Assembly: GCA_963777015.1 (NCBI GenBank)
Contig: CAVZOQ010000003.1
Span: 933,422-957,421 of the forward strand
Reading direction: 5' to 3'
Length of the DNA stretch: 24,000 nt
DNA from: an uncultured Actinomycetes bacterium
Lineage (GTDB): Bacteria; Actinomycetota; CADDZG01; WHSQ01
Below the pieces are notes generated by a model, which was not told the DNA's origin, did not search any database, and was given only the letters and a program-made list of their open reading frames with translations. Positions 17,428-24,000 of the stretch are shown here, one piece after another (the first letter of the stretch is position 1; every line of letters begins with the position of its first letter). The position numbers and the translations under genes were made by a program.

Positions 17428-18423
17428 TCAGGACCTCTGGTCTTCTCGCCTGTGGCCTTCGGCCAGTTGTGCCAGAGCATCCCGGTCGACCTCTTCCGCC
17501 GCTACGACCGCCACCTTGCAAGGCGTGACCGCCGTGAGCGTGGATGTTCGATTGCCGCCTTCCAGAGCGGCTCGTTCGCCGATGATGGCCCCGGGCCCCA
17601 GCTCGGCGAGCGATTCTCCATCCACCTCTACCCTGAGAACGCCGTCGAGCAGCAGGAACATGTCGGTGCCGGGCTGTCCCTGCTCGACGAGTTTCTTCCC
17701 TTCGGTGAGGCTCTTTATCTTCGGCTTCCGGCCTCCCATCAACGTCCGTGACAACTCCCGTTCGAGTGCCGATTCGACCTCGGTGACGATCGCCGGGGAA
17801 TCCTCGTCACCCCATGGGGTGTGCTCGCCGAAGGCGTTCCTGTACCACTTCTTGAAATCGATGACGCCCGACTTCGCCGTGAGCTTTCCCGCGTCGTCGT
17901 AGATCCAGTGCCGAGGAAAAGTACTGGCGCCCGACAACTCCGGCTCCGAGGAGCCGCCGGCATCGATGGTGAGGCAGAGTGTCGTCCATGCGACGGGTGA
18001 GACGATCTGCATGAACGGAGGTCTGCTAACACGGCGCGGCGCAGGTAGAGGGGTTCTACCTCCCGCCGTTTGGACGAATCGCACCCTCATGCCGTCCACC
18101 TCGGGCTCCGCTCGCATGTCCGGGAAAGCGATCGTGGGGAAGAGCATGTGCCTGCTGCCGACGCTGAAATTGGTCACCCCCAGCCGGCCACCACCTGAGT
18201 ACCCGTAGGCCGTAATGCGTCCGTCGTTCACCTCGATCCACGCTCTCAGAACGTTTGCGAACCGGATCGCCCCGGACTCGAGGAGACCATCCAGATCTTC
18301 GATCACGTCGGGCGGGGGATCGTCGTAGTGGGTGACGCCGACCTCGAAAGGCATCTTCGTCATGCCCTTGATTGCCTCTGAAGGGATCCACGTGACCGAC
18401 GTGACGCTCTTCTCGATCCTCAT
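17428..18423 (-). CDS. Cyclic-nucleotide-binding domain protein with an uncharacterised N-terminal domain of about 215 aa
   Basis: C-terminal CAP_ED signature GQPGTDMFLLLDGVLRVEVDGESLAELGPGAIIGERAALEGGNRTSTLTA. ATG 18423 lies 8 nt after a strong RBS AGGAGG. The N-terminal domain matches no family I recognise. Confidence 0.8.
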   Translation of the reverse strand: MRIEKSVTSVTWIPSEAIKGMTKMPFEVGVTHYDDPPPDVIEDLDGLLESGAIRFANVLRAWIEVNDGRITAYGYSGGGRLGVTNFSVGSRHMLFPTIAFPDMRAEPEVDGMRVRFVQTAGGRTPLPAPRRVSRPPFMQIVSPVAWTTLCLTIDAGGSSEPELSGASTFPRHWIYDDAGKLTAKSGVIDFKKWYRNAFGEHTPWGDEDSPAIVTEVESALERELSRTLMGGRKPKIKSLTEGKKLVEQGQPGTDMFLLLDGVLRVEVDGESLAELGPGAIIGERAALEGGNRTSTLTAVTPCKVAVVAAEEVDRDALAQLAEGHRREDQRS

Positions 18424-18640
18424 CACCCGCACCTCCTGTATCGATATTCACCGACAACCCGCTTGCCCGGCGACCAGGCTACGACCCGAAACCGGCCGGC
18501 CTGCCCCCGCCTCCCGCAATCTTGCCCGACCTCCTACGCCACAGGAAGGGGGTACGCACCCCGTCCTTGGTGGTGATTCCTCCGCATCGGGTGGGGTGAA
18601 CCCCCTTTCGTCTCCCTTCGGGAGTCCGCAGAATGGCGGC

Positions 18641-19958
18641 ATGGTCGAAGGTCGAATCACGGTCGTTCTGGCGGATGACAACCTAATCGTGCGGGAGGGC
18701 GTCCGGGCGTTGCTGTCTCTGGAGGACGATCTCGAAGTCGTAGGGGTCGCCGCGGATTACGACGAACTCCTCGCTGCTGCTGCCGCCCACGAGCCGCAGG
18801 TTGTGGTTACCGACATCCGCATGCCTCCGGCGTTCCAGACCGAGGGTATCGACGCGGCCAAAGAGGTTCGAAAGAGTCAGCCCGGGACCGGCATCGTCAT
18901 CCTCTCCCAGTACGACGACCCCGAGTACGCCATCTCGCTCCTGAGCGACGGCGCAGCGGGCTACGGCTATCTCCTGAAAGACAAGATCGCAGAAGGCGAT
19001 CAACTCGTTCGAGCGATCCGCGAGGTGTCCACAGGTGGGTCTGTGATCGACCCAAAGATCGTCGAAGCCCTGGTGCACCCCGTCAAGAAAGGCGACGAGC
19101 TTTCGCCGGACGAGGAACTACTGCTGGAGCAGATCGCAGCCGGCAAACCCATCAAGGCGATCGCGGCGGTTACCCAAACAACCGCCGCGGCCGTGTCCGA
19201 GGAGGTCGACAGGCTCTTCCTCAAGCTCGCCGAGGGCGCGAGCCACGGAGAGCTTGGAGCATTGCAGCGACTCAAGATGCTTCACGAAGCGATCGTGGAT
19301 CGGGAGGAGCAGGGTGAAACTCTGAGCCGCATGCTTCCCGGAGGCTTGGCCGAGAAGATCCGGAGGGACGGCCATCGCATCGGCGTCACCGAAACGCTGG
19401 AGGTAACGGTGGTGATGTCCGACGTTAAGGGGGTACTCCTCGATCGCGGAGAAGTCGGATCCCAGCGTTCTCGCGGGGCAACTGAACGAGCACCGCGCGG
19501 AGATGAATCGTTGCATCCTGGAATTGGAAGGCACGGTCATGCAATTCGTCGGCGACGCCGTGATGGGCGTCTTCGGAGCTCCGCTCCCCCTAGACGACCA
19601 TGCGGACCGCGCTGTTGAAGCCGCGCGGGCGATGCACGCCGGACAAAAGATGGTCAATGAGCGTTGGGTGGGGGCACAGCTACCGGCTTTCCACCTGGGG
19701 ATCGGACTATCCACGGGGAAAGTAGCCGCCGCGCTTCTGGGGTCGGAAGAGCGGCTCGAGTATTCGATCGTCGGCGACAGCGTGAACCTCGCTCAACGGC
19801 TTCAGCAGCTAGCGGACGGGGGCCAGACCGTGCTGAGCAAACCCACCCTGGATGCGATCTCCGATCCTCCGACCGTTGAAGAGCTTCCACCTCAGCAGGT
19901 CAAAGGCCGGCAGTCAGAGGTGCATGCTTTCCGCGTCACGGAAGACGGGATCGCATGA
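18641..19958 (+). CDS. Response regulator receiver + LuxR-type HTH + class III nucleotidyl cyclase fusion, interrupted by a +1 frameshift in a G5 run (19429-19433)
   Basis: REC: VVLADDN, VVVTDIRMPP and YLLKD. LuxR-like HTH: LSPDEELLLEQIAAGKPIKAIAAVTQTTAAAVSEEVDRLFLKL. Cyclase: VTVVMSDVKG|YSSIAEK...MQFVGDAVMGVFGAP...EYSIVGDSVNLAQRL...VKGR. The cyclase domain continues in the coordinate-0 frame from 19434. Confidence 0.8.
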
Positions 19959-19961
19959 TGG

Positions 19962-20390
19962 ATGGAGCGCATCCGCATCCTCGCTCATCTCAAATGGGAA
20001 GATGATGTGATGAACGATCGCGTAGTTCGTGTACTCATCGTCGACGATCAGGAACCCTTTCGCGCCGCGGCGCGTGATGTGGTCGATCTCGCCGATGGGT
20101 TCGAGGTGATCGGTGAAGCGGAAACGGGGGAGGAATCGATCGAGTCGGTTCGCGACCTGCGTCCCGACCTGGTCCTCATGGACGTCAACCTTCCCGGTAT
20201 CGATGGGCTCGAGGCGACACGACGCATCTTGAAAGAGAACCCCGAACAGGTTCTCGTCCTGGTTCTATCAACGTACGAAGCCGAGGAGATGTCGCCGCGA
20301 GCACTGGAGGCAGGGGCGGTGGCCTACATAGCGAAGGCGCAGTTCGGGCCGGACGAACTAGAGGAGGCGTGGGCGGCGACCAATCGCTGA
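19962..20390 (+). CDS. Stand-alone response-regulator receiver protein (NarL-type REC without an output domain)
   Basis: VLIVDDQ, phospho-acceptor LVLMDVNLPG, VLSTY and YIAKA. The start is ATG 19962 or, more likely, ATG 20010 (MNDRVVRVLIVDD). Confidence 0.8.
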   Translation: MERIRILAHLKWEDDVMNDRVVRVLIVDDQEPFRAAARDVVDLADGFEVIGEAETGEESIESVRDLRPDLVLMDVNLPGIDGLEATRRILKENPEQVLVLVLSTYEAEEMSPRALEAGAVAYIAKAQFGPDELEEAWAATNR

Positions 20391-20405
20391 AGCGCCGCCG
20401 CGAAC

Positions 20406-21656
20406 CCTCACCCCGCCACCTCCAGCATCGCGACCGGGAACCTCGCCCGTAGCCCGTCGCCCTCTCCGAGACGGACCGTCCCCGCCAGCGCCTCGACCCG
20501 GTCCCGGATCGTCTCCCTGCGGGCGTCATCGAGCACCACACCGCTGCAGCTCATCTCGAGCTCGCCGTCCTTGACCTCCAGCGCCAGCACGGTCTGCGCC
20601 GAGCGTGACGCCAACGCCTCGAGGCAGCAGAAGTAGACCGCGATCTCGACGCGCTCGTCGAAGCGCGCCGCGCGCAGGCCCTCGTCGGCGTGAAGCTCGA
20701 CGTCGAGCTCGTGCTTCCTGATGTGCGCCTCGAGCGCCGCGACGATGCCCTTGTCGGCGAGCAGCGGCGGGAAGATCCCGCGCGCCAGGTCACGCAGCGC
20801 GTCGAGCGTCTGATTGGCGCGCCCGGCGAGCTCCCCGAGCAAGCCCGCGGCCCGCTGGGGGTCGTCGTCCATGACCTCTTTGATGGCTGCGAGCTCGCCT
20901 CTCATGTCCTCGAGGTTGAGGCGCGGACCCGAGCTGATGTCGCGCTCGAGCCGCCTGCGGGAGTCGTCCTGGGCGCTCACGATGCGGCGGCGCGAGGCGT
21001 CGAGCTCGTGCGCCTGGAGGCTGATCTCATCGAGGCGTGCGCCGAGCTCGATGGCGAGACGGGCGTTGTGCAGCGCCAGCGCCGCCTGGGCGGCGAGATC
21101 CTCGAGCAGCTTGCGATCCCCGGGGCTCAGCTGCTCGCCGGCGGCCTTGGCCATGGCGAGCTCGCCGATGGTCTCGTCCCGATGCCTCAGCGGCACCACG
21201 ACGTCGTAGTGGAGGTCGTCTTCGAGCTCCGGCGGATGGGTCGCCTCGAGCGTGTCGCCGGAGTGCAACACGAGGCTCACGCGCGCGGCGCGCGCCCCGA
21301 CGCCGGAGGCGGCCACCGCCGCGACCGACGGCAGGATGTCGTGCGGTTCGATGGCGCCCGATGCGACGCGCGACAGATTCGCCATGACCTCGTAGGGGGT
21401 CGAGCGCTGTCCGTAGACGAGCCGGTTGGCGACCCTCTGGACCCGCTCCTTGACCGGCTGGAAGGCGATCGCGACCAGCGCGGTGGCGGCGATCGACAGC
21501 ACCAGGTTGGGCTCCTCGGACGATCCCAGCAGCGCTCCGATGCCGACCACGACGGCGACGTAGACCGCGGTGATGAATGCGGCCAGGGCTCCGAACACGA
21601 GCGTCTTGTTGATCACGACGTCGATGTCGTAGAGGCGGTACTTGAGGATCGCGATG
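20406..21656. repeat. Copy 1 of a 1,251-bp direct repeat (cytoplasmic portion of the kinase-like gene)
   Basis: Aligned by eye at a constant offset of +2105 to 22511..23761. I counted 9 mismatches (20690, 20780, 20783, 20815, 21019, 21038, 21144, 21182, 21410). Confidence 0.9.
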
Positions 21657-22516
21657 GTCGCCGAGATCGGGATGAGCGGGATCGAGAGAGGAACGACGAG
21701 GTTGTCCCACGGGGAAGAGAGGGCGCCGGTAACGGGGCCGATAACCAGGCAGATGACGGCTATCGCAGCGGCATACGTAAACCACTTCAGCTGAAGGCGC
21801 TCGATGCCTTTAGAGCGAACGAAACGGACGACCATCGCAGCCAGTCCACCGATGATCGCGAGGGTCGCCGTCGCATAGGCGACCCCTCCCAGAAAGCCGC
21901 CGACACCGATGCCTTCGATCTGGTCGATCTCGCCGAAGAGGAGGGTTTCCCCTCGCGCGGACCACACGGCTATCGACGAGGCGATCCCACTCAGGAGCGA
22001 CACGATGAACAGCCAGCTCACCAAGCGCCATCGTCTTGAAGGCAGATCGCCGGTGGGGAAGTAGAGGAGGAGAAGTGCGAAGAGCGAGGTCATCAACAGT
22101 GAGGCCGAAGATGAGAACCATGCTCCGAGATCTCCGAGTGCACGGCTGCCTTCTCCGGCGAGCAGCGCTCGGATGGCGTACTCGTAAGCGACTGCATTCG
22201 TGGTCCCCAACAAGCCGATCGTGAGGAATATCCAACCGACGGTGTTGCCGCTTCGCCGCATCGCGATCAACGCGCCAGCCAGTGTGAACACGAGCGATCC
22301 GATCACGAACAGGGTGAAGGGATCCTCGGTGGCGGCGGCATTTTCCACCTGGGGTCGTGTGAGTGCCATGGCCGCTCCAGCGACGGTGGAGATGATGCTG
22401 ACGCCGACGATGATCCATACCGCCGAGCGGACGACCCGCTCTGGGACGCGCTCGCTCATGCCCAACTCATCTCCCGCGCCCCCGACCTTCTCGACGACCG
22501 TCGTGCCCTTCCTCAC
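20408..22516 (-). CDS. Multi-pass membrane sensor histidine-kinase-like protein (GAF-like + HisKA_3-like + HATPase-like), with degenerate catalytic motifs
   Basis: About 8 N-terminal hydrophobic helices, a GAF-like segment, and a dimerisation region alignable to the actinobacterial family ..RRRLERxxHDGAQQ..RDLARGIYPPLLAD..VYFCCLEALQN... Here it reads ERDISSGPRL, RGIFPPLLAD and YFCCLEALASRSAQ. The start is GTG 22516 (overlapping the upstream stop, GTGA) or ATG 22459 with GGGAGA upstream. Confidence 0.85.
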   Translation of the reverse strand: MRKGTTVVEKVGGAGDELGMSERVPERVVRSAVWIIVGVSIISTVAGAAMALTRPQVENAAATEDPFTLFVIGSLVFTLAGALIAMRRSGNTVGWIFLTIGLLGTTNAVAYEYAIRALLAGEGSRALGDLGAWFSSSASLLMTSLFALLLLYFPTGDLPSRRWRLVSWLFIVSLLSGIASSIAVWSARGETLLFGEIDQIEGIGVGGFLGGVAYATATLAIIGGLAAMVVRFVRSKGIERLQLKWFTYAAAIAVICLVIGPVTGALSSPWDNLVVPLSIPLIPISATIAILKYRLYDIDVVINKTLVFGALAAFITAVYVAVVVGIGALLGSSEEPNLVLSIAATALVAIAFQPVKERVQRVANRLVYGQRSTPYEVMANLSRVASGAIEPHDILPSVAAVAASGVGARAARVSLVLHSGDTLEATHPPELEDDLHYDVVVPLRHRDETIGELAMAKAAGEQLSPGDRKLLEDLAAQAALALHNARLAIELGARLDEISLQAHELDASRRRIVSAQDDSRRRLERDISSGPRLNLEDMRGELAAIKEVMDDDPQRAAGLLGELAGRANQTLDALRDLARGIFPPLLADKGIVAALEAHIRKHELDVELHADEGLRAARFDERVEIAVYFCCLEALASRSAQTVLALEVKDGELEMSCSGVVLDDARRETIRDRVEALAGTVRLGEGDGLRARFPVAMLEVAG

Positions 22517-23761
22517 CCCGCCACCTCCAGCATCGCGACCGGGAACCTCGCCCGTAGCCCGTCGCCCTCTCCGAGACGGACCGTCCCCGCCAGCGCCTCG
22601 ACCCGGTCCCGGATCGTCTCCCTGCGGGCGTCATCGAGCACCACACCGCTGCAGCTCATCTCGAGCTCGCCGTCCTTGACCTCCAGCGCCAGCACGGTCT
22701 GCGCCGAGCGTGACGCCAACGCCTCGAGGCAGCAGAAGTAGACCGCGATCTCGACGCGCTCGTCGAAGCGCGCCGCGCGCAGGCCCTCGTCGGCCTGAAG
22801 CTCGACGTCGAGCTCGTGCTTCCTGATGTGCGCCTCGAGCGCCGCGACGATGCCCTTGTCGGCGAGCAGCGGCGGGAAGATCCCCCGGGCCAGGTCACGC
22901 AGCGCGTCGAGCGTCTGATGGGCGCGCCCGGCGAGCTCCCCGAGCAAGCCCGCGGCCCGCTGGGGGTCGTCGTCCATGACCTCTTTGATGGCTGCGAGCT
23001 CGCCTCTCATGTCCTCGAGGTTGAGGCGCGGACCCGAGCTGATGTCGCGCTCGAGCCGCCTGCGGGAGTCGTCCTGGGCGCTCACGATGCGGCGGCGCGA
23101 GGCGTCGAGCTCGTGCGCCTGGATGCTGATCTCATCGAGGCGCGCGCCGAGCTCGATGGCGAGACGGGCGTTGTGCAGCGCCAGCGCCGCCTGGGCGGCG
23201 AGATCCTCGAGCAGCTTGCGATCCCCGGGGCTCAGCTGCTCGCCGGCGGCCTTGGCCACGGCGAGCTCGCCGATGGTCTCGTCCCGGTGCCTCAGCGGCA
23301 CCACGACGTCGTAGTGGAGGTCGTCTTCGAGCTCCGGCGGATGGGTCGCCTCGAGCGTGTCGCCGGAGTGCAACACGAGGCTCACGCGCGCGGCGCGCGC
23401 CCCGACGCCGGAGGCGGCCACCGCCGCGACCGACGGCAGGATGTCGTGCGGTTCGATGGCGCCCGATGCGACGCGCGACAGATTCGCCATGACCTCGTAG
23501 GGGGTCGAGCGCTGACCGTAGACGAGCCGGTTGGCGACCCTCTGGACCCGCTCCTTGACCGGCTGGAAGGCGATCGCGACCAGCGCGGTGGCGGCGATCG
23601 ACAGCACCAGGTTGGGCTCCTCGGACGATCCCAGCAGCGCTCCGATGCCGACCACGACGGCGACGTAGACCGCGGTGATGAATGCGGCCAGGGCTCCGAA
23701 CACGAGCGTCTTGTTGATCACGACGTCGATGTCGTAGAGGCGGTACTTGAGGATCGCGATG
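22511..23761. repeat. Copy 2 of the 1,251-bp direct repeat
   Basis: Same alignment. Identity stops abruptly at 23762 (last transmembrane helix codons) and 2 nt beyond the stop codon at the other end. Confidence 0.9.
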
Positions 23762-24000
23762 CCGAGCGACAGCGGAATAAGAAGCGCCCCAACCATGATG
23801 GTTGCGAAACTCCACACCTCTTCTTTGGTCGTGTCGAAGCTTCCGACGATCTGACCCAGCAGGATCGCCACCGGGAACCCGACGGCGGCGAACGCGAACC
23901 ATTTGAGTTGTTGGCGCTCGTCTCCCTTGGAAGCGCGATAACGAAGGACTAGCGACACAACGGAGCTCAAGGCCACCAGCGCGAGGATCGACGAGCCGGC
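22513..24000 (-). CDS. Paralogous sensor histidine-kinase-like protein (5' end off-window), with the same degenerate catalytic motifs
   Basis: The frame remains open to the window edge (..AGSSILALVALSSVV..). The C-terminal 415 aa are almost identical to those of 20408..22516, while the membrane region is diverged but homologous (QLKWF.., ILKYRLYD). Confidence 0.85.
   Translation of the reverse strand, partial: AGSSILALVALSSVVSLVLRYRASKGDERQQLKWFAFAAVGFPVAILLGQIVGSFDTTKEEVWSFATIMVGALLIPLSLGIAILKYRLYDIDVVINKTLVFGALAAFITAVYVAVVVGIGALLGSSEEPNLVLSIAATALVAIAFQPVKERVQRVANRLVYGQRSTPYEVMANLSRVASGAIEPHDILPSVAAVAASGVGARAARVSLVLHSGDTLEATHPPELEDDLHYDVVVPLRHRDETIGELAVAKAAGEQLSPGDRKLLEDLAAQAALALHNARLAIELGARLDEISIQAHELDASRRRIVSAQDDSRRRLERDISSGPRLNLEDMRGELAAIKEVMDDDPQRAAGLLGELAGRAHQTLDALRDLARGIFPPLLADKGIVAALEAHIRKHELDVELQADEGLRAARFDERVEIAVYFCCLEALASRSAQTVLALEVKDGELEMSCSGVVLDDARRETIRDRVEALAGTVRLGEGDGLRARFPVAMLEVAG

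Noticed and set aside
18437-18452. CRP-like sequence TGTATCGATATTCACC (containing the palindrome TATCGATA) upstream of the cNMP-binding gene
   Set aside because: It matches the TGTGA-N6-TCACA consensus only partially, with a weak left half-site. It lies within or next to the RBS region, and an 8-bp palindrome can occur by chance. This is not enough to call a site.
18332-18640. N-terminal extension of ORF 18332..19618 upstream of the receiver domain
   Set aside because: It overlaps the start of the divergent cNMP-binding gene and the intergenic region, and its sequence is Pro/Arg-rich. The receiver domain begins right at ATG 18641.
16590-19958. Possibility that the cyclase and cNMP-binding protein form a Pycsar-type anti-phage system
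   Set aside because: The cyclase is fused to a receiver and a LuxR HTH, which indicates signal-transduction wiring. The cNMP protein has no TM or TIR killing domain that I can see. The neighbourhood is housekeeping, with no other defence or mobile genes. I kept it only as a low-probability alternative, testable by checking product specificity.
20690-22039. A 449-aa plus-strand ORF, with its near-duplicate at 22816..23952, antisense to the kinase-like genes
   Set aside because: Composition is dominated by R/D/G/E with no recognisable domain. It is duplicated only because the underlying DNA is duplicated. The minus-strand frames carry transmembrane helices and alignable GAF-like/HisKA_3-like segments.

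Overview
High-GC (about 65%) chromosomal segment with actinobacterial-type gene content. It is mostly housekeeping or core-accessory and densely coding on both strands. I found no tRNA or rRNA genes, CRISPR arrays, or transposase/integrase genes. Left to right, the contents are as follows. (1) The 3' end of a sarcosine-oxidase-like flavoenzyme gene. (2) A SUF Fe-S assembly operon, sufD-Rieske-sufC-sufS-sufU, with no sufB or sufR next to it. (3) A small Cys-rich secreted protein coupled to an HExxH (DUF3152-like) protein, with a convergent SGNH/GDSL hydrolase. (4) A sulfur-trafficking cluster: Cys-free winged-helix regulator, two-domain rhodanese, MoaD/ThiS-like carrier with a tail after its Gly-Gly, and an aldehyde dehydrogenase. 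(5) On the minus strand, a sigma-70 factor, an AsnC-type ligand-domain mini-protein and thiI, facing a DUF523 (TudS-like) gene. (6) sodA, a CheY-like receiver, a small membrane protein, and pruA, which is broken by two compensating frameshifts. (7) A signalling island at 16.6-24 kb. It holds an MBL-fold hydrolase and a protein with an unknown domain plus a cNMP-binding domain. Divergent from these is a REC-LuxR-class III cyclase fusion, frameshifted in a G-run. A stand-alone receiver follows, then two tandem membrane sensor-kinase-like paralogs. The cytoplasmic 1.25 kb of the two paralogs is about 99.3% identical, and their H-box and ATP-binding boxes are degenerate, so they look like pseudokinases. 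The most interesting candidates are the cyclic-nucleotide module with non-canonical cyclase specificity residues, the concerted-evolving pseudokinase pair, and the extended MoaD-like carrier. Three frame disruptions at short homopolymers suggest assembly indel errors, so gene boundaries near G/C runs need caution. All functional calls rest on motif recognition by eye; no database search was possible.
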